DNA from: a virus
Lineage: Duplodnaviria > Caudoviricetes
Direction: 5' to 3' (one strand)
DNA: 30,190 bases
IMG/VR virus record: IMGVR_UViG_3300044724_003649
Location: 1-30,190 of that record
Below are positions 10,115 through 17,600 of the stretch, piece after piece. How positions within the stretch are numbered: the stretch's first letter is position 1; each line of letters begins with the position of its first letter. The position numbers were made by a program, and so were the translations under genes. The notes below the pieces were generated by a model. It was not told where the DNA came from, made no database searches, and was given only the letters and a program-made list of their open reading frames with translations.

Positions 10115-10490
10115 GATCTTTTTTATTAAATTTAATACTATTTGGCAAACCAGGCTTTTTGTTAATTGGCTCTAGTTCTACTTGATCACCGGCTACGGCT
10201 TTAACTTTGAATTTTTCAGGTCTTGCTGGATTGTCAGCGTTTGGCACATCAATTTCTTGCCCACGCATAAATTTGGCTTGATCCATTTTTTGTGAAGCAT
10301 TATTACCAATTGGTGGTGTTTTATCTGTAGTGTTTTGTGCATTAGGATCTTGTCCAGGCTTAACTGTACCAACAGTACCTTGAGGATCTCCGGACTTTGT
10401 GTCTTGTGTTCCTACGCCCGTTTTATTCTTTTGTTGTAGAGCAGTTTTGGCACTTACTGCTAATGGTATACCTAGTTCACTAATTCTCAT
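10104..10490 (-). CDS. Hypothetical protein, 128 aa
   Basis: TAATG coupling; MRISEL N-terminus; flexible Q/T/K/P-rich linker. Confidence 0.75.
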   Translation of the reverse strand: MRISELGIPLAVSAKTALQQKNKTGVGTQDTKSGDPQGTVGTVKPGQDPNAQNTTDKTPPIGNNASQKMDQAKFMRGQEIDVPNADNPARPEKFKVKAVAGDQVELEPINKKPGLPNSIKFNKKDLAQ

Positions 10491-10828
10491 TATCTTGCCT
10501 TCTTTGCACGTTTAATTGGTTTAGGAGTCAATGCTCCTTTGGATTTGTTTAGGTTGGCAACTGTTCTTGAAATTGCACTGCCCTTCTTGGTCATTTTAGC
10601 ATGCCAAGCCGCCTTCTTAGGTGCCCTTGCTCTAGTAACAGTCATCCTTTGTTTTGAGTCTACTTTAACTGGAGCATGACAAGTACTAATATTAGCAACA
10701 ATACGTCCTTTACGTGGGCCACTCATACAACGAAACTTACGTGATTGAACACGCCCTTTATGTGTACCGCCTTTACCGCCGCCACGTTTGTAAATTGTAT
10801 CTGCTTCTAAAAGTTCTACTATCTTCAT
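10490..10828 (-). CDS. Highly basic protein with RCxxGxRxGRIV..C motif (paralog 1)
   Basis: RKFRCMSGPRKGRIVANISTCHAP; K/R-rich. Confidence 0.75.
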   Translation of the reverse strand: MKIVELLEADTIYKRGGGKGGTHKGRVQSRKFRCMSGPRKGRIVANISTCHAPVKVDSKQRMTVTRARAPKKAAWHAKMTKKGSAISRTVANLNKSKGALTPKPIKRAKKAR

Positions 10829-11103
10829 TTTCTTTTATTCAAAAACTTTAATGCTCTACTCGCTGGATTAGTACGTTTGGTACGCTTTGATTTCATTGCC
10901 ATACGCTTACCTAACTTCTTGCGAGTGATTTTCATTCTAATCTTTTGTTGTATGTTAGGTGGAGCAAAACACTGTGCAGGATTAGACACAATACGTCCAT
11001 GACGTTTTCCGCCACTGCAACGATACTTGCGAACTAGTTTCTTACCAGTTCGACCCCAAATCTGTTTCTCCGTGAGATCTTCAAATAATTCTACTAACAA
11101 CAT
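10825..11103 (-). CDS. Highly basic protein with RCxxGxRxGRIV..C motif (paralog 2)
   Basis: RKYRCSGGKRHGRIVSNPAQCFAP; TAAATA 5 nt upstream of the ATG. Confidence 0.75.
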   Translation of the reverse strand: MLLVELFEDLTEKQIWGRTGKKLVRKYRCSGGKRHGRIVSNPAQCFAPPNIQQKIRMKITRKKLGKRMAMKSKRTKRTNPASRALKFLNKRK

Positions 11104-11117
11104 GCTAGTATTTAGTT

Positions 11118-11354
11118 TTAAGAAAGGTTAATGAGTATGACTACGATTGTGGATAGTAGTCCTGCTACGATAGTACCTGATGTACCAATGATTACTTTGA
11201 TTAGTGATGAGTGTGACTTATTCATGTCATTATGAATATCACCCATTTTTTCTTCCACGCTACCGAGGCGTTTTTCCAGATGCTCGTAACGCTGTTGACA
11301 CAGGTCTACGTGTGCTTCTAAATTTTCTCTTTCTAATTCTGTGGCACCTGCCAT
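11118..11354 (-). CDS. Coiled-coil protein with C-terminal transmembrane helix (holin/hemolysin-like architecture)
   Basis: LEAHVDLCQQRYEHLEKRL heptads followed by hydrophobic IVAGLLSTIVVILI; GGAG RBS. Confidence 0.7.
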   Translation of the reverse strand: MAGATELERENLEAHVDLCQQRYEHLEKRLGSVEEKMGDIHNDMNKSHSSLIKVIIGTSGTIVAGLLSTIVVILINLS

Positions 11355-11433
11355 CTTTTAATCTCCGTTTATGTCCGCTCAGGACGTTAATCATGGAGCC
11401 TAGTTTGCAAGCCTATTTGTTTTGCCTATAAAA

Positions 11434-11844
11434 CTATTTATCAAATACTTCTAGTATTATGTTTTTATCGGTGTTACCTTTAACCTTAAATATGCTAGGT
11501 TTACTAATGGTTTCTGTTAAAGCACCTACCACAGGAACACCTTCAAAATCGGCCTTTAAAAAGCCAATACGATCGTCACCGTCGTTGTATACTTCGTCAC
11601 GGTCAATGGTAAATTCATACGTCCAAACCTTGTGTTCACCCTTGAACTTGCTACCAAACTCTCCTGCAAGTGTTTTAGTTTCAACCGCAGGATCAGCATT
11701 TTCTTCAATCAATCCTCTAAGGTTAATAATTTGTTGCAGTGTATTAAAGTTAGCCTGTTGTGATAGTTTTACAGGGTCGCTAGAGTCATGTCTACGAACT
11801 CCTGTTTTTGTGATATCTACAAGTGTTTTGATTACTATACGCAT
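11434..11844 (-). CDS. Hypothetical phage protein, 136 aa
   Basis: TLVDITKTG..QQANFNTLQQIINLR; TAAATA 5 nt upstream of the ATG. Confidence 0.75.
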   Translation of the reverse strand: MRIVIKTLVDITKTGVRRHDSSDPVKLSQQANFNTLQQIINLRGLIEENADPAVETKTLAGEFGSKFKGEHKVWTYEFTIDRDEVYNDGDDRIGFLKADFEGVPVVGALTETISKPSIFKVKGNTDKNIILEVFDK

Positions 11845-11878
11845 GAATATATTTATGGGGTGTATATAGAGTGGTCAT

Positions 11879-11908
11879 AAAAAAAGGGCGACATAAAGCC
11901 GCCCTTTT
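11879..11908 (-). terminator. Intrinsic terminator after the 110-aa gene
   Basis: Minus strand AAAAGGGCGGC-TTTAT-GTCGCCCTTTTTTT. Confidence 0.85.
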
Positions 11909-11933
11909 CTACTATGTATAATAGTATTAACTA

Positions 11934-12266
11934 TTATGCCGCGTCAAATGCGTCTAAGTCTCTTTCTACAACTGTTTGTGCAGAAAGGTTAACACCGTCA
12001 ACTGTACCCATAGCCTGTAATCTTGCAGTTGCAGAAGCGGCAGTTACACCGTGTCCGTCAACGATAGCAAAGATTTTACCTGCTGTGCCTGTTGAAATGT
12101 ACATTAGAGGTTGAAACTCTTGTACGATTTGAGCAACAGCACCGTCAATACCGTCTTTTGCCGCTAATGTTACACCAGCGTCGATTTCGATACCTTTTAA
12201 CTGTGCTACTGAATATTGAACGCCATGATCGCGTCCGTCTTGATTTACTTTTGTTATTCCAGCCAT
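11934..12266 (-). CDS. Probable abundant virion structural protein, 110 aa
   Basis: Ala/Gly/Val-rich; own TAAATA promoter, AAGGAG RBS and terminator. Confidence 0.7.
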   Translation of the reverse strand: MAGITKVNQDGRDHGVQYSVAQLKGIEIDAGVTLAAKDGIDGAVAQIVQEFQPLMYISTGTAGKIFAIVDGHGVTAASATARLQAMGTVDGVNLSAQTVVERDLDAFDAA

Positions 12267-12365
12267 TTTATTTCTCCTTTAGTTTTAGTCTCTTAAATGG
12301 CGTTCCCACGCTCAGTGGGCAACGTAATAATATTTAGTCTTTTTTGAAAAAATAAGAAGAAATGG

Positions 12366-13250
12366 TTAGTTTTTTGCTATTTTTGCTTTATTATGCACCT
12401 GTCTTAATAGGTTTACATAGCCAGGACCTGCTTTTACTATGTCATCTATTATTTGCATAATAGGTCTATATGCTTGTGCAAACCTAGGAGGTAGTGCTTG
12501 TCCTCTGCTTACAATGCTTAATGCTTTATAGGCAAATGGTAAATCTTTTGTTGGGACTCCTAGTAAACGTAGCATATTAATATCTTTTACATCTGCTTCT
12601 ACTGGATCAGGAATACTAACCATAGGTTCTGTATCTCTTGTTCTAGCACTTTCTAAATCATAACTTAATACAAACATAGTAAAGTAATCAACTAGGTCGC
12701 TGTTTCTGCCTCGTGCCTTAAGTGCATTTTCTAAACGTGTTACTGTGTCTTTTCTTTCTAGGTTATTCATTCTTACATAGTTAGAAACTTTTCTTCTAAT
12801 AACACTGTAACTTGTAATGCCGTTTTTAAGTGCGTTATCAATCTTCATAATGTCGCCGGCATCTTGTAGGCTAGGTGCTTTGTTATTCGCCATATCACGC
12901 AACAAACGTTTTGCTGTTAGTGTAGGAAAATGTGTGCGTTCACGCATCAACATTGCACTCTTAGGATCTTTTAATTTTTCTAGTATTCTTTTGTCGCCAT
13001 CTATAATAGAAAGTAAATTATACATGTCATTGCCACTGTTTCTATGACTGGTCCAATCGTTCCATTTAAGAACTTCACTTGCGTAACTTTGTACAAACTT
13101 TCTTGATTGTGGATAATAACGCATTGTTTGTAGTGCTAGAAAATACAGCAACACAAGATCGCTTACGTCAGTAAATGTCATTCTCTCCATATTGTTATTA
13201 CGGATAAGTTTGCCTTCGTTTACGAAATCAAAAAACTTGTAGTCACTCAT
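12366..13250 (-). CDS. Hypothetical protein, 294 aa
   Basis: Long ORF, TAATG-coupled to the upstream gene. Confidence 0.8.
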   Translation of the reverse strand: MSDYKFFDFVNEGKLIRNNNMERMTFTDVSDLVLLYFLALQTMRYYPQSRKFVQSYASEVLKWNDWTSHRNSGNDMYNLLSIIDGDKRILEKLKDPKSAMLMRERTHFPTLTAKRLLRDMANNKAPSLQDAGDIMKIDNALKNGITSYSVIRRKVSNYVRMNNLERKDTVTRLENALKARGRNSDLVDYFTMFVLSYDLESARTRDTEPMVSIPDPVEADVKDINMLRLLGVPTKDLPFAYKALSIVSRGQALPPRFAQAYRPIMQIIDDIVKAGPGYVNLLRQVHNKAKIAKN

Positions 13251-14485
13251 TAACTAAAGTCCTTAGGTGTTGTAAAGTTTCTATAAGAAAACTCTAGTCT
13301 ATCAACAATCTTAACTGCTCCACCTACATGGTCGATGGCTACGTAGCCTTCGGGTGATCCTGCTTCGTAGCCATCTTGTGTTCTATAAAAATGTGCTATG
13401 CTTTCTACTGCGTTTAGTTTTCTAATAAAAAGATTTTTTAAGGCTGTAATTTCTTTCATAAATTCAATAATTGCACTCAAGCCTTTTCTGTTTGCATTGA
13501 TAAAATTCATGTTGCTTTGTATTTTTTGTAGTCTATTTTTTACTGCTGGTTTTTCTGGATCTTGATTTTTTAGTTTAGCAATCTCTGCTTCGATTCTTTC
13601 TCTGTACCAATCAATAAACCCGTTTAGAAACTCGCCAGGATCACCTGCTAGTTTTTGTTGTCTAATATTTGTGTTAATCCAAATTTTAAAGTTTTGAATA
13701 AAAGGTTCGTTTGATTTTAGTGCTTGCCATACTGCTCCTGGCACTGCTTTATAAGCGGCCATAGCGTCTGCCAAATCCTGTTTCGCTTGTGCTGTTTCAT
13801 CTTTTGTCATTAACACTGATCCAGATACATCTTTAAAAAACGCATCATCAAACCATACGTCCGGTGTGCGTTTAAGTTTATTAATATCTACATCATAGTT
13901 TGCCTCTGATGTTCCTAGTGTATCGCCTACATAATTTGTGTGAAATATAATACCAAACTTTGCTTTACCAATACGTTTACCAATATCGCTGTCAACTGGC
14001 ACTGCATAGGTAATAATCTGTGGCTTGAATACATACATCATTTGGCCGTCGATTTCTTCTTTTTTCAATGTTGTTTCATTAAACATAAAGTCGCCTTGAA
14101 GTACGCCTGTAATACCTAGTTTGCCTAGATGTTCAAATGCTTCATGTAGTTTAGATACTGCACCTGACTCACCATATAGTCTGTCTATTTCTTCGTGGCT
14201 GGTTCCCAGTTTAGGTGTTGCATTGAACACACCTTTTGTTCCTACAAAGAACTTACCACTCTCTGGATCAATACCAACAATAATAGCAGGAGCACCGTCC
14301 CACTTTACTGAAACTCTAAATTTTTTATTTGTACGTCCTTTGAGCATGTCAGCAAACATCATCATCTGCTTGATAGCATATTCAGCACCTTCTTTACCAC
14401 GGTTAAGAATTTCTTCTTCAACGTGTTCCATGTGTGTGTTTTTGCCAGCCGACTCGTTTAATTTAAGAACTTCTTCAATCAACAT
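13250..14485 (-). CDS. DUF6267-like protein with ligase/nucleotidyltransferase-type motifs
   Basis: KNTHMEHVEE, SVKWDGAPA, LQGDFMF, PEGYVA and VKIVDRLEFS motifs. Confidence 0.75.
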   Translation of the reverse strand: MLIEEVLKLNESAGKNTHMEHVEEEILNRGKEGAEYAIKQMMMFADMLKGRTNKKFRVSVKWDGAPAIIVGIDPESGKFFVGTKGVFNATPKLGTSHEEIDRLYGESGAVSKLHEAFEHLGKLGITGVLQGDFMFNETTLKKEEIDGQMMYVFKPQIITYAVPVDSDIGKRIGKAKFGIIFHTNYVGDTLGTSEANYDVDINKLKRTPDVWFDDAFFKDVSGSVLMTKDETAQAKQDLADAMAAYKAVPGAVWQALKSNEPFIQNFKIWINTNIRQQKLAGDPGEFLNGFIDWYRERIEAEIAKLKNQDPEKPAVKNRLQKIQSNMNFINANRKGLSAIIEFMKEITALKNLFIRKLNAVESIAHFYRTQDGYEAGSPEGYVAIDHVGGAVKIVDRLEFSYRNFTTPKDFS

Positions 14486-14735
14486 TCTCTTTACCTTTTT
14501 TATAATTCTTTATACCACGTGCAAACTTCTGTGGGTCTGAACTTTTAATGCTATTAATAAATCGCTTTTCTAAATCACTAGCAGTATCGCTGTCAAAATT
14601 TTCACGAATCATTTTTATAACATTTATAGCAGATTCTATAACATGAACGGCTCTGCTGTCAACCACATTTTCAACCGGTGGTTTTGCTTTGAGATCGTGT
14701 AATTCTTGTAATATGCTCTTTGTAGTACGTTTCAT
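14475..14735 (-). CDS. Hypothetical protein (MKRTTKSILQEL...)
   Basis: ATG at 14735 after GAGG, itself downstream of TAAATA; preferred to the TTG start at 14750. Confidence 0.75.
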   Translation of the reverse strand: MKRTTKSILQELHDLKAKPPVENVVDSRAVHVIESAINVIKMIRENFDSDTASDLEKRFINSIKSSDPQKFARGIKNYKKGKENVD

Positions 14736-14799
14736 AATAACCTCTAACAATATTTAGTGAATTTTATGGTAAATATCTTAAACAAGAGCGGAGGGCAAA

Positions 14800-15408
14800 A
14801 TGACTATTGTTGATTTTATAATAGAACAATTAATCACTTGGTGGCAATTTACTGTCGTTGGTGTATTAATAATTATAGGTTATGTGATTAATTTATTTGG
14901 TGTTGATCAAGATAAACCTATTGTAAATCTAAAGTATGAAGGAATGCCGTCAATGATTCCTATTAGAATACCCACAGCAGGAAAAGGTTTCTGGGGTGCA
15001 ATTTGGATGTGGCTTACAGGTGTACGCACATGGGAAATTGGCAAAGATTGGCATTTTTCAGTAAATGGGGAAGACTATGTAATACCAAAAGGCTTTGTGT
15101 TTGACGGTGCAAGTGTTCCTAAGTTTTTAGCATCATGGCTATCACCAGTTGGTGTCTTGCTAGTTGGCGGATTAGTACATGATTACGTTTACAAATATAC
15201 TGTGCTACTCAAGTACGGTAAAAAGTCTGCTTCTAATGTAATGAATCAAAAACAAGCAGATGAATTGTTCCGTGATATTAACATTGAACAGAACGGTTTT
15301 CACTTTCTAAACAACTTGGCTTACTGGGCATTACGCTTAGGTGGTTTTGTTGCTTGGAACGGTCACAGAAAAAGAAACTGTGATTGGAAAGAGTCGATGA
15401 AAAAATAA
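14800..15408 (+). CDS. DUF1353-like protein with N-terminal membrane segment
   Basis: IPKGFVFDGASVP, LVHDYVY, ADELF and ALRLGG motifs; GGAGG RBS. Confidence 0.8.
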   Translation: MTIVDFIIEQLITWWQFTVVGVLIIIGYVINLFGVDQDKPIVNLKYEGMPSMIPIRIPTAGKGFWGAIWMWLTGVRTWEIGKDWHFSVNGEDYVIPKGFVFDGASVPKFLASWLSPVGVLLVGGLVHDYVYKYTVLLKYGKKSASNVMNQKQADELFRDINIEQNGFHFLNNLAYWALRLGGFVAWNGHRKRNCDWKESMKK

Positions 15409-15633
15409 ATGAAATGGTTTCTTGTAGTCTACTTTTTAATAGGTAACACTTGGTATCCAGGAGATGTTGTAGCACCAGATGGTTGGTCAAGTCTCAAGTA
15501 CGATACTAAAGAAGAATGTATTAAAAAGCAAGACTACATGAACGATAATTTTTTAGGTACCGAAGCCGAAGGTAACATGATCGGCAGATGCCAAACTGAA
15601 GACCCTAAAACATCTTTATTGTTTAACAGTTAA
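15409..15633 (+). CDS. Small protein with hydrophobic N-terminus and two Cys
   Basis: Abuts the previous stop; MKWFLVVYFL..YDTKEEC. Confidence 0.7.
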   Translation: MKWFLVVYFLIGNTWYPGDVVAPDGWSSLKYDTKEECIKKQDYMNDNFLGTEAEGNMIGRCQTEDPKTSLLFNS

Positions 15634-15656
15634 AAATAGGCCCCGAAGGGCCTATT
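15632..15656. terminator. Terminator hairpin with cUUCGg loop between convergent genes
   Basis: AATAGGCCC-CGAA-GGGCCTATT perfect 9-bp stem; reads ...TTCG...TATTTTT on the minus strand. Confidence 0.85.
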
Positions 15657-15665
15657 GAAGTTTTA

Positions 15666-15869
15666 TTACTTGACTGTTAAATTCACAGCACTTGGACCTT
15701 TTGGACCATCCTGTGTTTCAAACGTCACAGTATCACCTTCATTCAGCGATTGTAAGCCTGCGGCTTCTACTGCTGAAATGTGTACGAAAACATCCTTATT
15801 GTCTTCGCTAGAAATAAATCCAAAACCTTTAGAGGCATTGAACCATTTTACTGTTCCTTGATTACTCAT
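15666..15869 (-). CDS. cspA: Cold-shock protein
   Basis: GTVKWFN, RNP1 KGFGFI, RNP2 [14 protein letters not shown]; AAGGA RBS. Confidence 0.96.
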   Translation of the reverse strand: MSNQGTVKWFNASKGFGFISSEDNKDVFVHISAVEAAGLQSLNEGDTVTFETQDGPKGPSAVNLTVK

Positions 15870-15992
15870 GTTTTTCCTTGTTAGTGTTTATATTTGAGGA
15901 AGTTTGTATCTAATATTAGGGCGGGAGGGTTGTTACTTCTACTGCGTCTTGTTCTTATTACTGTCTTGTCTCATATCTATTTAGTTCGCAGA

Positions 15993-16244
15993 TTAGTCTT
16001 TAAGATTATCTTTGGCTACACCATACCAATATTCGCCACTGTCTCGCAAACTTTCATTTGCTCTGCGTAGTTGTTCCAATGTCTTTACAATTTGCTTGTG
16101 TCTGAACTGGGTATAGTTCCTTTTTGTTTCTAGATGTTTTTCCAGTTTGGTAATAATGCTGTCTATGTCCGGGCAGGTTATATCAGGAACCTTAGGTGCT
16201 TTCTTTTTCCACCTCTGCCAGGGAGTCAATCGCTTACGCTTCAT
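15993..16244 (-). CDS. Hypothetical basic protein (MKRKRLTPWQRWKKKAPKVPDITCPDID...)
   Basis: Start reassigned to ATG 16244, 5 nt after TAAATA. Confidence 0.7.
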   Translation of the reverse strand: MKRKRLTPWQRWKKKAPKVPDITCPDIDSIITKLEKHLETKRNYTQFRHKQIVKTLEQLRRANESLRDSGEYWYGVAKDNLKD

Positions 16245-16353
16245 CATATTATTTAAGTGATTGCCAACTTTTAGTTGACACACTTATGCAAAAATAGCAA
16301 CACTGTCTTGCACAAAAATAGGTCGACTTTTGTATAACTTTATGTTAGTATAT

Positions 16354-16361
16354 TATAAATA
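16354..16361 (+). promoter_or_regulatory. T4-type late promoter TATAAATA
   Basis: Exact consensus upstream of the structured leader and small-gene operon. Confidence 0.6.
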
Positions 16362-16533
16362 AGCGTGAATAGGACAGTGATCCTGTACTATTTTACTCAC
16401 AGACACTAGGATAGACTAGAGCATTATCCATGCTTTACAAGTGATTGACGATTACCAAAGGTAATTGCACCGCCGGGGAAGTTCCGGGGTATCATGCTAA
16501 CCACAAAGCATCCATACATCGAAGGAGAAAACA
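16362..16533 (+). ncRNA. Putative structured leader or ncRNA
   Basis: Six consecutive short hairpins in about 150 nt lacking a long ORF. Confidence 0.4.
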
Positions 16534-16731
16534 ATGACACACTTAATAAGTGGTCTGATGTCTTGGATGAAACGCGACAAAAGAACTAGTCGTGACGAAC
16601 TCTTGACTTGGGCCCAAACTGAGTACAAAAAAGATTGGCGTTTCGCTTATCAATTTATGCTAGACCATAACGGTAGAGCACCATCACACAGAGAACTAAA
16701 CGGTCCTGTTTACCGTAAGGAGGTCGCTTAA
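16534..16731 (+). CDS. Hypothetical protein, 65 aa
   Basis: AAGGAG RBS; LLTWAQTEYKKDWRFAY. Confidence 0.75.
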   Translation: MTHLISGLMSWMKRDKRTSRDELLTWAQTEYKKDWRFAYQFMLDHNGRAPSHRELNGPVYRKEVA

Positions 16732-16890
16732 ATGCTACACTTCCTTAAAAAACTATTCACCTATTCGCAACGTAACTGGGACGAAGACTATCTGTCTAAG
16801 TCTGTTGATCATGTTGACCTTGAACGTCGTATCAGGGAACTTGATAGGCGCCAGGTCGTTACCGGACCGTTTGGGTACAAAAGAACTTAA
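16732..16890 (+). CDS. DUF3563-like small protein, 52 aa (MLHFLKKLF...DEDYLSKSVDHVDLERRIRELDRR...)
   Basis: Hand translated; AGGAGG RBS; YL..S.D..DLERR.R.L motif. Confidence 0.7.
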   Translation: MLHFLKKLFTYSQRNWDEDYLSKSVDHVDLERRIRELDRRQVVTGPFGYKRT

Positions 16891-16916
16891 CATATACACA
16901 CAGAGGAGAACTTAAA

Positions 16917-17171
16917 ATGTTATTATGGGAAAGACTAAAAAATGCTTGTGTATCAGCAGGCTATGCTAGAGCGGCTTCACAACTTGCTAGTCAAGGGCAT
17001 TACGAAGCGGCAAAACACCTAATGCTAAATGGCGTTAAGGAAACAATCGAACGTAAACGTGCTATTAAAAGACTTGAAAGAGTTAAGAAAGCAAAAAGAA
17101 ACTACGAGCCAGGCGATCATTACATGAAAGGTCACAGGGTTGCTTTCTGGAGAGGACACGCAAATGGTTAA
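16917..17171 (+). CDS. Hypothetical protein, 84 aa
   Basis: GAGGAG RBS; GYARAASQLASQGHYEAAK. Confidence 0.75.
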   Translation: MLLWERLKNACVSAGYARAASQLASQGHYEAAKHLMLNGVKETIERKRAIKRLERVKKAKRNYEPGDHYMKGHRVAFWRGHANG

Positions 17172-17268
17172 AAATTTATTTGAAATGGTAGTGCCTGTTA
17201 TACTTGTGTTTGGTATTCTTGTAGGATACTTTGCAATCGTTGCGGCGTTTTGGGGAGGTATGCTATAA
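17164..17268 (+). CDS. Small single-pass membrane peptide, 34 aa (MVKNLFEMVVPVILVFGILVGYFAIVAAFWGGML)
   Basis: Hand translated; GAGGA RBS; overlaps the previous stop. Confidence 0.6.
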   Translation: MVKNLFEMVVPVILVFGILVGYFAIVAAFWGGML

Positions 17269-17339
17269 TGTTAAATTGGATGCCTTACACGGATGAAGAA
17301 TGGGAATACCAAACTTATCCTAACAAACCAAAAAAATAA
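17268..17339 (+). CDS. Micropeptide, 23 aa (MLNWMPYTDEEWEYQTYPNKPKK)
   Basis: GGAGGT RBS and TAATG coupling. Confidence 0.5.
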   Translation: MLNWMPYTDEEWEYQTYPNKPKK

Positions 17340-17349
17340 TGATTTTCAT

Positions 17350-17379
17350 TATTGACTTATAGGGTCAATACTGTATAAT
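17350..17379 (+). promoter_or_regulatory. Sigma70-like promoter of pqqA overlapped by an inverted repeat
   Basis: TTGACT(17352)-N16-TATAAT(17374); palindrome TATTGAC-N7-GTCAATA at 17350-17370. Confidence 0.6.
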
Positions 17380-17465
17380 TATTATTGTAGACTCAAAGGG
17401 GACCTGTTTCAACTCTCCCCCGATCTGTTTACATTTTATTTTTAATTTTTAAAAGGAGAAATATT

Positions 17466-17537
17466 ATGTGGACTAAACCTACAGCAGAAGAAATGCGTTT
17501 TGGCTTTGAAGTTACGATGTATGTAATGAACAAGTAA
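17466..17537 (+). CDS. pqqA: Pyrroloquinoline quinone precursor peptide PqqA, 23 aa (MWTKPTAEEMRFGFEVTMYVMNK)
   Basis: Hand translated; canonical MWxKP..R.GFEVTMY with the ExxxY core; AAGGAG RBS. Confidence 0.95.
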   Translation: MWTKPTAEEMRFGFEVTMYVMNK

Positions 17538-17549
17538 TTACGTAAGAGT

Positions 17550-17578
17550 AGATAGGGTCTTAAGGCCCTATCTTTTTT
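17550..17578 (+). terminator. Intrinsic terminator after pqqA
   Basis: AGATAGGGTC-TTAA-GGCCCTATCT followed by a T run. Confidence 0.85.
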
Positions 17579-17600
17579 AAAATTCTCAAAAGGAATCATT

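Noticed and set aside
2633-14540. Numerous alternative-frame or antisense ORFs inside nrdA/B, the tail gene, the exonuclease and head genes (e.g. 6796-7188, 11459-11869, 14121-14540)
   Set aside because: They lie wholly or largely over well-supported genes and show no RBS or motifs.
15655-15861. 68-aa plus-strand ORF
   Set aside because: Antisense shadow of cspA.
16245-16283. N-terminal extension of ORF 15993-16283
   Set aside because: It spans a TAAATA element; ATG 16244 fits the repeated N5 spacing.
16362-17430. tRNA genes in the intergenic stretches
   Set aside because: No cloverleaf with a proper T-loop (GTTCRA) and acceptor stem found by eye.
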